Below are positions 39,318 through 49,278 of a stretch of DNA of 64,000 nucleotides, in pieces (positions within the stretch are counted from its first letter, which is position 1; every line of letters starts with the position of its first letter). The stretch covers positions 7,850-71,849 of the forward strand of contig JAQBOH010000193.1 of the NCBI GenBank assembly GCA_028288125.1, given 5' to 3'. The stretch is from Mucilaginibacter sp. Its GTDB lineage: Bacteria > Bacteroidota > Bacteroidia > Sphingobacteriales > Sphingobacteriaceae. Below the pieces are notes generated by a model. The model had not been told where the DNA came from. It searched no databases and worked only from the letters and a program-made list of their open reading frames with translations. A program made the translations under genes and the position numbers.

Positions 39318-40460
39318 TCACTTTATTTTAACAATTTGTTGAGACTTATTAAATGTTTTGCTTAAAAATTCTTCAAGATCGGCACCCGTAATATTTTTAG
39401 CGATGATGATTCCCTGCGGGTTAATGATAAAGTTTGACGGTATGGCTTCTATATGATATAGTCTTTCTGTAGGGCCTTCAAAGTTTTTGAGATCGGATGC
39501 ATGCGCCCATGTTAGTTTATCTGCTTTAACCGCCTGCTCCCATAGTTTTCTATCCACGTCAAGCGAGATACCCAATATATTTAACCCCAATGGCTTGTAG
39601 ATGGTATACATTTTTACCACGTTTGGATTTTCCTGCCTGCACGGGCCGCACCAGGAAGCCCAAAAATCAAGCATAACATATTTTCCCTTATAATCTGAAA
39701 GCTTTACAGGCTTGCCATCAATTCCACCGGTGGTAAAATCAGGGGCCGGATGCCCTATCGACAACGGCTTGAGCGCCGTCATTTGGGCAATAAAACGCTG
39801 TACACCCGGATTATCTGTAAACTTTCCTTTAGTGGAATCCGCGTAAGCAATTAATTGCGGTTCATACCGGGTCAGATCAAGCGATGTGGCGGCATAATAG
39901 GCCGCAAGTGAGTTCATATTCGCGTGAATGAACTTCAAAACTTCGGCGCTATATTCTCCCAGGTTTTTCTGAAACACGGGCATATAAATTTTAACCAGCG
40001 AGTCCGACTGTTTACCCAGGGCTTGCACCTTATCCTGGTATTCCTGGGCCAGCTTGCCATTTTTTTCACCGTAAAAATTACTTATCCGGTTAAACTCCCT
40101 GATCTTATCCGACTCAGCGGAGCCTGTCACCTCGTAGGTATGTGTATTATCGGTCAGGCTGGTTGTAAAGTCGATAGCATCGCCGTTCTTTGCGATCAGG
40201 TCAAAAATGCTTCCGCCAATCCGGATCTTATAAAGATTGGGATAAGGCGACTTCCGTTTGAACTGAAACTTACCCTGGTCGCTTAAATTTGTGGAGTCAA
40301 TAACCGCTATCTGCGTACTGTCGGCTTCCATCAGGTATATTTGTTTTAGGCTTCCGGGATTATTTACCGTACCCGAAATAGTGAAGGCGTTTTTGTCCTT
40401 GCACGAAATAATAAAAAAGGATGCCAGGATAACGCTGTAATAAATTAAGTGCTTTTTCAT
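39318..40460 (-). CDS. TlpA-like thiol-disulfide oxidoreductase lipoprotein with an N-terminal DUF4369-like domain
   Basis: Lipobox IISC; DFWASWCGPCR; GISLD; IP cis-Pro motif; ATG at 40460 (the longer ORF runs through a repeat). Confidence 0.9.
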   Translation of the reverse strand: MKKHLIYYSVILASFFIISCKDKNAFTISGTVNNPGSLKQIYLMEADSTQIAVIDSTNLSDQGKFQFKRKSPYPNLYKIRIGGSIFDLIAKNGDAIDFTTSLTDNTHTYEVTGSAESDKIREFNRISNFYGEKNGKLAQEYQDKVQALGKQSDSLVKIYMPVFQKNLGEYSAEVLKFIHANMNSLAAYYAATSLDLTRYEPQLIAYADSTKGKFTDNPGVQRFIAQMTALKPLSIGHPAPDFTTGGIDGKPVKLSDYKGKYVMLDFWASWCGPCRQENPNVVKMYTIYKPLGLNILGISLDVDRKLWEQAVKADKLTWAHASDLKNFEGPTERLYHIEAIPSNFIINPQGIIIAKNITGADLEEFLSKTFNKSQQIVKIK

Positions 40461-40461
40461 A

Positions 40462-40561
40462 AGATATGAGATTTGAGATATGAGGTTTGAGATACTATGC
40501 TGATGAGGGTTTAAAATAGTTGCCTTAATGCTCCTATTCTCACGTCTCAAATCTCATATCT
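40462..40561. repeat. Inverted pair of heptamer arrays filling the gatB-tlpA spacer
   Basis: AGATATG AGATTTG AGATATG AGGTTTG AGATA ... TCTCACG TCTCAAA TCTCATA TCT. Confidence 0.88.
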
Positions 40562-40563
40562 AT

Positions 40564-42033
40564 TTATTTAGACTCTAATTCTTTAATTAATAATTGGTTT
40601 GTTTTCTGCGGATCGATCCTGCCCTTTGAGCTCTTCATGATCTCGCCCATAAACAAGCCTAAAACGCCTTTTTTCCCATTTTTGTATTCTTTTACCTTAT
40701 CGGGAAATTTAGCAATGGCGTTATGTATATATTCACTAACATCATTGTTATCCGAATCAATAAGCAGGTTCATTTCGCATGCCAGCTCTTCCGCGCTCTT
40801 ATTTTCATTTTTTAACAGCGCCGGGAATAATCTTTGGGCAGCTACAGAATTATTTATTTTACCCGTATCCACCATTTCAATTAACCCGGCCAAAGCGATA
40901 GGTTTAAGGCCAATATCACCAATAGCCGTCCCGCTCTCGTTAAGGTACGATTTAACCGGCCCGATCAGCCAGTTGGCCGCCGCTTTATAATTGGCAGTAT
41001 TTTTTATAAGATCTTCAAAATATACTGCAAATTCTTTGTCAGCGGTAATTATACCCGCGTCATAAGCCGAAAGGCCCAGTTCAGCAGTGTATTTATGATA
41101 GCGTTCATTTGGCAAAGCCGGCATATCGCGGCGTATTTCATCAATATATTCCTGGGTTAAAACAAGGGGTGCTAAATCCGGTTCAGGAAAATACCTGTAA
41201 TCATTTGCCATTTCCTTCGACCGTAAAACCGACGTTTCCCCGGTATCCGCATTAAAATTCAGCGTATTTTGTTCAATATGGCCGCCGTCTTCAATCATAT
41301 TTATCTGCCGTTCAAACTCATGCTCTATAGCACGCTGCACGTTCCGGATAGAATTGAGGTTTTTTACTTCGCAGCGGTTGCCAAATGCGGTTTCGCCTTT
41401 AAGCCTTACCGAAATATTGGCATCGCAACGCATGCTGCCTTCTTCCATATTGCCATCGCAAATATCCAGGTAGCGAATAAGCTTCCGTATCTCGGTCAAA
41501 AATTGCCCGGCTTCCTCAGCACTATGCATATCCGGTTCCGATACAATTTCAATTAAGGGCACACCGGCCCGATTCAGGTCGATCAGCGAATCGGCATGAT
41601 GCTGATCGTGCATGCTCTTGCCCGCGTCCTCCTCGAGGTGAATATGATGAATGGCGATATTTTTTGAAGTACCGTCGGCCAGTCGCACCAAAACTTCTCC
41701 GCCCAAACATATCGGGTGTTCGTCCTGTGTAATTTGGTAACCTTTCGGCAGGTCGGCATAAAAATAATTTTTACGGGCAAACGAGTTATGCATATTGATG
41801 GTACAATGGCAGGCCAGGCCCATCTTTACCGCATAAGCCACCATTTTTTTATTGATCCGCGGCAGGGTTCCGGGATGCCCTAATGATACCGGGCTAACAT
41901 GCTCATTGGGGCCACCGCCAAAAGCAGCTGAATCAGATGAAAATGATTTGCTCAATGTGGACAATTGCGCATGAACCTCCAACCCAACAACCAATTCATA
42001 TTTGTCGCTCAAACTGCCGGTAAGAATTGTCAT
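40564..42033 (-). CDS. gatB: Asp/Glu-tRNA amidotransferase subunit B
   Basis: VGLEVHAQL, RKNYFYADLPKGYQITQ, HLEEDAGK, RCDANIS and YRYFPEPDL motifs. Confidence 0.97.
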   Translation of the reverse strand: MTILTGSLSDKYELVVGLEVHAQLSTLSKSFSSDSAAFGGGPNEHVSPVSLGHPGTLPRINKKMVAYAVKMGLACHCTINMHNSFARKNYFYADLPKGYQITQDEHPICLGGEVLVRLADGTSKNIAIHHIHLEEDAGKSMHDQHHADSLIDLNRAGVPLIEIVSEPDMHSAEEAGQFLTEIRKLIRYLDICDGNMEEGSMRCDANISVRLKGETAFGNRCEVKNLNSIRNVQRAIEHEFERQINMIEDGGHIEQNTLNFNADTGETSVLRSKEMANDYRYFPEPDLAPLVLTQEYIDEIRRDMPALPNERYHKYTAELGLSAYDAGIITADKEFAVYFEDLIKNTANYKAAANWLIGPVKSYLNESGTAIGDIGLKPIALAGLIEMVDTGKINNSVAAQRLFPALLKNENKSAEELACEMNLLIDSDNNDVSEYIHNAIAKFPDKVKEYKNGKKGVLGLFMGEIMKSSKGRIDPQKTNQLLIKELESK

Positions 42034-42160
42034 AAATTATATTCAGCTGTCGAATCAGCCATTATTACGGTCCAAATATAAAGTTATTAATATGAATGTG
42101 CAGTAGTGTCCGCGTTGATTAAATGATTAATGATTCCGTCGAAGGAGGATGGAATTTTTG

Positions 42161-42193
42161 AAACTTACGAAGTTTTTAAGACTTCGTAAGTTT
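42161..42193. repeat. REP-like palindrome, ACTTACGAAGT family copy 2
   Basis: AAACTTACGAAGTTTTTAAGACTTCGTAAGTTT. Confidence 0.85.
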
Positions 42194-42248
42194 TTCTGTA
42201 TCCTGTGAGAATTAAATGCACCAATCTACAATAACCATGAACCAAAAG

Positions 42249-43535
42249 CTAGCGCTTTTTAATGTCCACGTAGTCGCGGTTAACAGCGCCCACATATATC
42301 TGCCGCGGACGGCCGATCGGTTCCTTGTTCTCTTTCATTTCCTTCCATTGCGCTATCCAGCCCGGCAGACGGCCTAACGCGAACAGAACGGTAAACATAT
42401 CCGTCGGGAAACCAAGCGCCCTGTAAATGATCCCTGAATAGAAATCAACGTTCGGGTATAATTTACGTTCAACAAAATACGGATCTTTCAAGGCTACTTC
42501 TTCCAGTTTTTTGGCTATCTCGAGCACCTCGTCGTCCATACCCAGTTTTTCTAAAATATCATCGCATGCCTTTTTAATGATCTTGGCGCGGGGGTCGAAG
42601 TTTTTATACACCCTATGCCCGAAGCCCATCAGGCGGAACGGATCGTTCTTATCTTTTGCCTTGGCAATCCACTTATCGGTGTCTCCCCCGTCCTCTTTTA
42701 TCTTCTCCAGCATCTCAATAACCGCCTGGTTAGCGCCCCCGTGTAAAGGGCCCCATAACGCGGATATACCGGCTGAAACGGAAGCATAGATATTGGACTC
42801 GGACGATCCGACAATACGAACGGTAGAGGTAGAACAATTTTGTTCGTGATCGGCATGCAGTATCAGCAGTGTATTCATCGCGCTAACGATCACCGGATCA
42901 ATGTCAACTTCCTCGGTACGCTGACCAAAGGTCATATGAAGGAAATTGGTTACAAAATCATATTTATTTTGCGGGTAGATATACGGATGCCCCAGCGATT
43001 TCTTATATATCCACGAAACCACGGTAGCCATTTTCGCCAGCATTTTAATAATGCTTAAATGCAGCTCTTCCTTAGTTTGAACAGGTTTTAGCGACTCCGG
43101 GTAAAATGCCGACAGCGCACACACCAGCGAAGATAATTGCCCCATTGGGTGAGATTTTGACGGAAAGCCGTCAAAAAACTTTTTCATATCCTCATGCACT
43201 AGCGTATGGCGGCTTATATCGTACTGAAAAGTATCTAATTGCTGTTGTGTAGGCAATTCTCCATTGATCAGCAAGTAAGCCACCTCAATAAAGCTTGACT
43301 TTTCGGCCAGCTGCTCTATCGGGTAACCACGGTATTTGAGTATGCCCAATTCTCCGTCCAGGAAGGTAATAGCGCTCCTGGTGGCGCCGGTATTTTTATA
43401 ACCTATATCAAGCGTTACATAACCCGATTGGTCACGGAGCTTTGAAATATCGATAGCTTTTTCACCTTCGGTACCTTCTATTACCGGGAGTTCGTATGTT
43501 TTATCGCCAATTTTTAACTGTGCTGTTTCGGCCAT
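42249..43535 (-). CDS. gltA: Citrate synthase
   Basis: LHADHEQNCST, GPLHGGAN, GFGHRVYK and YPNVDFYSG motifs. Confidence 0.97.
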   Translation of the reverse strand: MAETAQLKIGDKTYELPVIEGTEGEKAIDISKLRDQSGYVTLDIGYKNTGATRSAITFLDGELGILKYRGYPIEQLAEKSSFIEVAYLLINGELPTQQQLDTFQYDISRHTLVHEDMKKFFDGFPSKSHPMGQLSSLVCALSAFYPESLKPVQTKEELHLSIIKMLAKMATVVSWIYKKSLGHPYIYPQNKYDFVTNFLHMTFGQRTEEVDIDPVIVSAMNTLLILHADHEQNCSTSTVRIVGSSESNIYASVSAGISALWGPLHGGANQAVIEMLEKIKEDGGDTDKWIAKAKDKNDPFRLMGFGHRVYKNFDPRAKIIKKACDDILEKLGMDDEVLEIAKKLEEVALKDPYFVERKLYPNVDFYSGIIYRALGFPTDMFTVLFALGRLPGWIAQWKEMKENKEPIGRPRQIYVGAVNRDYVDIKKR

Positions 43536-43746
43536 AGGGATGATTTATATCCGCAAATGTAAATAAATCCGTGTATAAACGCTCTTAAGATAATCGACGT
43601 ATTGTAAAAATTTCATCCGGCTTTACCAGGGTACATTGTACATCAGAAAAATGCGGGATATTATCGGGCGAAGAAGATCTTCACCGCTTTACCCATGACA
43701 TATTTGTTCCCGAACAAAACATAGGGTGACAAAAAGGAAGATTACT

Positions 43747-45093
43747 CTACTTCAAAACCGGGCTTTGAAAATCCAGCTTTTTCAAACCTCTCTGTATTTC
43801 GGGACAACTCATAAACAGCTTCCACAATAAACCGCTCCGGTAATTTTCAATCATCACAACAATAGGCCCCTGGTCAATGGCAAGATACGATTTTGCATAC
43901 CAATTATGCGATTCGCTAAAGCCGTCAACAAAACCGTAATCGCCCCATATCTTGTCACCCAGGTCATAGTAAAAATGACGCAGGGCCTGCATAGAGTATT
44001 GAGGCGTGTAAGGAAACGCCGAAAGCGCGGCGGTAGGACTTATCACCCCAAGGTCGTTTCGTGGCTCATGGGCGCTGTAACCCACGTAGCTGTCGCTTGC
44101 GGTAAGCCCCCAGCAGTTTTCGCCGTAGCCTTTGTATTTTTTCGGATTGTCAACACAATACGCACGATTGATCAGCGTATGATTTGTTGTTTGTTCCCAG
44201 TAATCGGCATACCTGTCTTTTAACCCTTTAGGGTCAAGCCCGAGAAAAGAATATTGCGAAAAGAAAAGCGGGCCGCCATAATCAAAGCCCAGCGGCAATT
44301 TATAGCCATAAAAGGTTTGGCCATTCTTAAAAAAATCACTCTGGGCCCAGCCACGATGATAAACATCAGATGTCACTGGGAACCTGTCGCCCGACGCAGC
44401 GAGGACATAAGTGATCAAACACTCATTGAACCCCCGGATAGGGAAATTCATCACCCAGCCGTTATTCGGCGACCAGTGCCAATATAAGTTGTCACGGCCA
44501 TCACGTGTAAACCAGTTCCACTCAACATCATCCCACATCGAATTTATCCTTGAGCGGATGCGGCGCTCCTTTTGGTCGTCGCCGTTAAAATATTGCCTCG
44601 CGCAAAGCAATCCCTGGAAAAGATAAGACGTTTCAACCAGGTCGGCCCCATCATCTTTACGGCCAAAGGGGATGATTTTCCCTGTCGCGCCATTCAGCCA
44701 ATGCGGAAATACGCCGTGATAGGCATCAGCTTTGATCAAAAACTCAACAATTTTCAGCATCCGGTCAACAGCCTGGTCGTGAGAAACCCATTTTCGGTGG
44801 TCAGCCACGATCAATGCCATAATGCCAAACCCCGAACCGCCAATGGTTACGGTTTCGTTCCCATAATCATAGGCTACATTGCTGCGCTCGCGGGCAAGGC
44901 CGCTAACGGGGTGGCCAAAGTCCCAGAAATACCGAAATGTTTGGCGCTGTACCACATCAAGCAGGCCGCTATCGGTTAAACCTTTTATAATGCCAACGGG
45001 TTTTATGCCATTGGGCACAATAGTTTTTTCAAGTCCTTGCGCAATGCAGCAGGTGGATAGTAAAATTAAAAGGGGGAGGATAAGTTTCTTCAT
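43747..45093 (-). CDS. GH144 (glucoamylase-like) beta-1,2-glucanase, probably periplasmic
   Basis: HPVSGLARER, GGSGFG, DDGADLVET, LYWHWSP, GGPLFF, WGLTASD and YLAIDQGP motifs; signal peptide. Confidence 0.85.
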   Translation of the reverse strand: MKKLILPLLILLSTCCIAQGLEKTIVPNGIKPVGIIKGLTDSGLLDVVQRQTFRYFWDFGHPVSGLARERSNVAYDYGNETVTIGGSGFGIMALIVADHRKWVSHDQAVDRMLKIVEFLIKADAYHGVFPHWLNGATGKIIPFGRKDDGADLVETSYLFQGLLCARQYFNGDDQKERRIRSRINSMWDDVEWNWFTRDGRDNLYWHWSPNNGWVMNFPIRGFNECLITYVLAASGDRFPVTSDVYHRGWAQSDFFKNGQTFYGYKLPLGFDYGGPLFFSQYSFLGLDPKGLKDRYADYWEQTTNHTLINRAYCVDNPKKYKGYGENCWGLTASDSYVGYSAHEPRNDLGVISPTAALSAFPYTPQYSMQALRHFYYDLGDKIWGDYGFVDGFSESHNWYAKSYLAIDQGPIVVMIENYRSGLLWKLFMSCPEIQRGLKKLDFQSPVLK

Positions 45094-45122
45094 TTGTAAT
45101 TTGTTCATTTGTTGTAAGAGAA

Positions 45123-45155
45123 AGACTTACGAAGTTTTAAAAACTTCGTAAGTCT
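45123..45155. repeat. REP-like palindrome, ACTTACGAAGT family copy 3
   Basis: AGACTTACGAAGTTTT-A-AAAACTTCGTAAGTCT, perfect arms. Confidence 0.88.
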
Positions 45156-45163
45156 AACCAGCT

Positions 45164-46828
45164 TTATAAATTCGGGCTTTGAAAGCCCAGGTTTCTCATG
45201 CCTGCTTTTACTTCGGGACAGCTCATAAATAAATTCCAGAGTAAGCCGCTACGATAATTTTCGGTCATAACAATGATCGGCCCTTCGTCTATTGCCAGGT
45301 ACGAACTGGCAAACCAGGTGCTGTTCAAATTAAAGGCATCATAAAAGCCATACTGCCCCCACATTTTATCGCCCAGCTTATAATAAAAAAATCTAAGTGC
45401 CTGCATGGATTGTGTTGGTGTATATGGTAACGAGGCTATTGCCGCTGTCGGCGCGATCACACCCACATTATTTGTTGGTGAGCTTGCTGTATAGCCGTTT
45501 TCAATATCGCTTGCTGTAAGTCCCCAGCAATTGGCGCCATATCCATAATAACTGTTAGGATTGGCAACGCAATAGTTGTAGTTGATAAGCGCATGCGCTT
45601 TGTTCTGCACATCATAGCCGGCATAAGCATCGGATAATCCGTTTGGATTGATTCCCAGGAACGAATAATGGGCAAAAAATAATGGCCCGCCCCTTGAGGG
45701 GCCCAATGGCAATTGGACACCGTAGTAAGTGTTGCCATTCTTCATGCTGCCATTTCCGGCCCAGCCGTTGTCATACACCACCTTTGGTATGGGGTGCGTT
45801 GTTGAAGATGCGCCTAAAACGTAGGTCATCAACGCTTCGTCCCAGCCATTAACCTGCATATTGGTTGACCACGCATAATTGGGGCTCCAATGCCAAAACA
45901 GCGTGTTCTGGCCGTTTTGGAACCAGTTCCAGTCTACATTGTTCCAAAGGGTATTTATATCTGTACGCAATTGCGTTTCAGCGGTACCGGCATCGCTAAA
46001 ATATTGACGGGCGGTCAATAATCCTTCCATTAAAAAAGAAGTTTCAACCAGGTCGGCGCCATCGTCCTGCGTGCTGAAGGGTATAACCGCGCCGGTAACG
46101 CCATTCATCCAATGCGGGAATGCGCCGTGAAATGTTTGGGCATTGTTCTTTAAAAATGCAACGATCTGCTGCATCCGGGCTAAACCCTGCGCCCTGGTAA
46201 TAAACTGCCGGTTAACCCCCGCAACGATCGCCATAATGCCAAACCCCGACCCGCCGGTTGTCACCACATCGCCGGATGTGTTGCGTTCGCGCGCCAAACC
46301 GCTAACCGGGTGGCCAAAATCATAAAAGTATTTTAGCGTTTGCTGTTCAACCAGGTCGAGCAGCTGGTTATCGGTTATTACCGGAAACTTGTTGGTGGTA
46401 TCAATGGCGGTTGTTAACTGTACCGCTAAAGCGGACTGTAAACTGCCGCCTGCCGCTGATTTCAAGTCGGTTGAAACATTTACCGTGTATTGGGTGATTG
46501 GCTGTAAGGTGGAAGGTGTGATCACAACCGTACTATCATGATTGAGCCAGGTTGTATTATAAGCTACAACGCTCCCTGTCTTACTTTTAAAAGTTATGCT
46601 ATTACTGACAGATTTTGGATCAACAACGGCAGAAAAGGACAGCTTTATTACCGGGCTAAAGTTCACACCTGTATAATTGAATCCATTATAAGCATCATTC
46701 ACCTTTAAAGCATTAAAACTAAATGAAGCCGGCGTCGCCACTACGGGAGCAGGCTGATTATTACTTTTTTTACAAGAATAGCCGATACAAAATATAGCTA
46801 ATCCCAAACAATACTTTAACTTTCCCAT
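45164..46828 (-). CDS. GH144 beta-1,2-glucanase lipoprotein with an N-terminal Ig-like domain
   Basis: Lipobox GYSC after ATG at 46828; Ig-like segment (ITP...LQPITQYTV); same GH144 motifs as its neighbour. Confidence 0.85.
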   Translation of the reverse strand: MGKLKYCLGLAIFCIGYSCKKSNNQPAPVVATPASFSFNALKVNDAYNGFNYTGVNFSPVIKLSFSAVVDPKSVSNSITFKSKTGSVVAYNTTWLNHDSTVVITPSTLQPITQYTVNVSTDLKSAAGGSLQSALAVQLTTAIDTTNKFPVITDNQLLDLVEQQTLKYFYDFGHPVSGLARERNTSGDVVTTGGSGFGIMAIVAGVNRQFITRAQGLARMQQIVAFLKNNAQTFHGAFPHWMNGVTGAVIPFSTQDDGADLVETSFLMEGLLTARQYFSDAGTAETQLRTDINTLWNNVDWNWFQNGQNTLFWHWSPNYAWSTNMQVNGWDEALMTYVLGASSTTHPIPKVVYDNGWAGNGSMKNGNTYYGVQLPLGPSRGGPLFFAHYSFLGINPNGLSDAYAGYDVQNKAHALINYNYCVANPNSYYGYGANCWGLTASDIENGYTASSPTNNVGVIAPTAAIASLPYTPTQSMQALRFFYYKLGDKMWGQYGFYDAFNLNSTWFASSYLAIDEGPIIVMTENYRSGLLWNLFMSCPEVKAGMRNLGFQSPNL

Positions 46829-46871
46829 CCCGCCAATATTATAACACAAAGTATACCGAATTATAAATTTC

Positions 46872-46910
46872 AAAAAAAAGGTTGCTGCCCCGTAAAGAGC
46901 AAACAACCTT
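46872..46910 (-). terminator. Internal terminator after susC-susD-lamG
   Basis: A8 tract plus AAGGTTGCTGC...GCAAACAACCTT; hairpin plus U-tract on the minus strand. Confidence 0.6.
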
Positions 46911-46927
46911 ATTAAATCAATCAACTT

Positions 46928-47764
46928 TTATTTCCCCCGGCCCTGAAGATTTACAATCGAACTTACTTCTATGTCCGACAGGGCTTTATTATATATTCTG
47001 AACTCATCCAACTGGCCTGTTAAAAAGCTCGCGAACCCAGGAAATTGGGTGGCCGATGTTTGACTTGGATTAGTTTGAAATTGGTCGCAGCCAAACACAA
47101 GATTGCCTATGTTAGGGAACACCAGCGGGCCCGAAATGCCGCCTAACACCGCGCTGTTTACTTTTGACCCGTTAACATACAGCGTGTGAACTGCCGATGT
47201 CGCATCATACGAAATTGTTATACTTATCCACTTATTAAACAGGTTTTGCAAATTACTGGTGACAAGAAAATTGTCGTGATTGCCCTGTTGTACATGCAGC
47301 TTTACAATGCCATTGGTATTTGAGCTGCCATTTTCAAAAAACAATTCCAAATTTCCCCAAAAGCCGGTTGTATTGGCTAATGCGAAAGGCGAAATTATAC
47401 CCACCGAAGGCGGCGGGGTATTTACCCAAAAACTAATGGTATAACTTTGCAATCCCGCTATACTTGCAGCCGGAGCATTCAATACATAACTATTTAATGC
47501 GCCTTGCAAGGCTTGCCCTTTAATTCCTTTAGCGGCAAACGAGGTACCGGTATTTATACCAGCCTTTCCGGATACACTGTCAGTTAAACTGCCGTCAAAT
47601 GACCAGTATCCTACCAGGCTGGATTTTGCCACCTGGCCCGAGCTTGTAAATCCATTTACGCTTAAGGGAGGAGCGTAGCTTTTTGCATTAAATCCCTTTT
47701 GACAGGATGATAAGCAGAGTACAAGCCCGGCAGATATCATCAGTATATTAGTTATTTTTTTCAT
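46928..47764 (-). CDS. LamG/concanavalin-like surface glycan-binding lipoprotein
   Basis: Lipobox LSSC; LVGYWSFDG, LYVNG and GQLDEFRIYNKALS motifs; start at 47764 or 47776. Confidence 0.85.
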   Translation of the reverse strand: MKKITNILMISAGLVLCLSSCQKGFNAKSYAPPLSVNGFTSSGQVAKSSLVGYWSFDGSLTDSVSGKAGINTGTSFAAKGIKGQALQGALNSYVLNAPAASIAGLQSYTISFWVNTPPPSVGIISPFALANTTGFWGNLELFFENGSSNTNGIVKLHVQQGNHDNFLVTSNLQNLFNKWISITISYDATSAVHTLYVNGSKVNSAVLGGISGPLVFPNIGNLVFGCDQFQTNPSQTSATQFPGFASFLTGQLDEFRIYNKALSDIEVSSIVNLQGRGK

Positions 47765-47784
47765 AATAATTCTCATTAATAAAT

Positions 47785-49269
47785 TTAATAGCCGGGATTT
47801 TGAGTTAACACACCTGCGCTCAGATCGATTTCGTTTTGAGGTATAGGCCAAACTTCATTTTTATTGGCTTTCCATCCCTTAATACCGAAAACTGCGGTGC
47901 CGCGGCCCTGGCGTATCACATCAAAGTAACGATCAAATTCCATGGCAAGCTCAACCTTGCGTTCGTGGTAAATAGCTGTGCGTAAGGCTGCCGGATCTGT
48001 TATTATAACACGCGGCAGTATAGTAATATCTCCCTGCCTGGCGCGTGCCCTCACCAATTCGAGCGACACTAACGCTGGCGCTGTGTTGCCCAATTCGTTA
48101 TTGGCCTCGGCGTTCATCAATAATACATCAGCATAACGCAGCACTATTTTATCCTGCTGACATCCCTGTGGATAGTTAGGATCAAATAAATTAAAAGGCA
48201 CATACGCTTTATAATTGTACATCGGGTTAGGTACACCTACTTCCGGGATTACATCACCCTCGGCAGTAGTTGAGCCTCTAAAAATGATGGTTCCGTTTTT
48301 ACGCGGATCGCCGGGTTCAAATTCGTTTAGCAAATCGGTAGTGGGCACATTAAAGCCGTAACCGCCGGCCGGTATACCGCGAACACCCTGGAATTGGGAG
48401 TATTGCGAATTTGAAGCCGCCGGATTGCCCGGAACTTTTTCTACCTGTATCTCAAATATCGATTCAGAGTTGTTTTTGTTTGTCGTTCTGAATTGTTGCT
48501 CAAAATTAGGGAATAATGAGTAGCCCAAGCCCATTACCTGGTTTGTGAAAGTCACTACATCAGCCCATTTTTTCTGATACAAGGCAGCTTTGGCGTGTAA
48601 TGCCAACGCGGCGCCTTTCGTGATGCGGCCTATATCTGCCGAGCCATAGTTCTGCGGTAACACTGTAGCGGCATCGGTCAGGTCAGTTTCGATCGCAGCC
48701 CATACCTGGGCCTTAGGAGCACGCGGTATATTAAATTCAGTGGCATTCTTAGGCACATGCAAACGCAGCGGTACATCGCCAAAAGCACGTACCAACCTAA
48801 AATAAGCGTAAGCCCTGATAAATTTTACTTCTGCTAAATAGCGGGCTTTTAAACTTGCATCCATATTTATGCCCGGCACATTATCCAATACCTGGTTGGC
48901 TAAATTGATCGTTTTATATTCGCCGCCCCAAAAATCGGATATCTGCCCTTCGGTTGAAGTGGCTGTAAACGTATCAAAGTCATTAATAAAAGTTGCATCA
49001 TTTGGGTCGCTGCCCTTTTCCGCTTCGTCAGATCCTACGCTTTCAACAGCGATAGACGCAAATGCTATGTTTGTATATTCATGCAGATTAGCGTATGCGG
49101 CGTTTACAGCTTTCGTTGCATCATCGGCGGTTTTCCAAAAAGTAACCACCGGCGGTGTCGCCTGCGGCGGTACATTCAAAAAGCTTTTTTGACAGCCCTG
49201 GTTTACTATTAGCGTTGCAAAGAGAATTAATCCTAAAACTCTATGCAAATATGGTTTCTTTGTATTCAT
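47785..49269 (-). CDS. SusD family lipoprotein
   Basis: Lipobox NQGC; RAYAYFRLV, LRYADVLLMNAEA, ERKVELAME and QNPGY motifs. Confidence 0.94.
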   Translation of the reverse strand: MNTKKPYLHRVLGLILFATLIVNQGCQKSFLNVPPQATPPVVTFWKTADDATKAVNAAYANLHEYTNIAFASIAVESVGSDEAEKGSDPNDATFINDFDTFTATSTEGQISDFWGGEYKTINLANQVLDNVPGINMDASLKARYLAEVKFIRAYAYFRLVRAFGDVPLRLHVPKNATEFNIPRAPKAQVWAAIETDLTDAATVLPQNYGSADIGRITKGAALALHAKAALYQKKWADVVTFTNQVMGLGYSLFPNFEQQFRTTNKNNSESIFEIQVEKVPGNPAASNSQYSQFQGVRGIPAGGYGFNVPTTDLLNEFEPGDPRKNGTIIFRGSTTAEGDVIPEVGVPNPMYNYKAYVPFNLFDPNYPQGCQQDKIVLRYADVLLMNAEANNELGNTAPALVSLELVRARARQGDITILPRVIITDPAALRTAIYHERKVELAMEFDRYFDVIRQGRGTAVFGIKGWKANKNEVWPIPQNEIDLSAGVLTQNPGY

Positions 49270-49278
49270 GTCAGTTAA

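Noticed and set aside
40564-42033. gatB without gatA/gatC, and pheS without pheT, as signs of gene loss
   Set aside because: These subunits are commonly unlinked in Bacteroidota; absence from a 64-kb window is uninformative
43560-43746. Possible ncRNA or riboswitch upstream of gltA
   Set aside because: Only short palindromes (GTACATTGTAC, TTTGTTC-CC-GAACAAA); no recognisable RNA family motif
44572-44979. Long antisense ORFs within GH144, susC, argS, iscS and other genes
   Set aside because: Typical antisense shadows of coding sequence with no recognisable motifs
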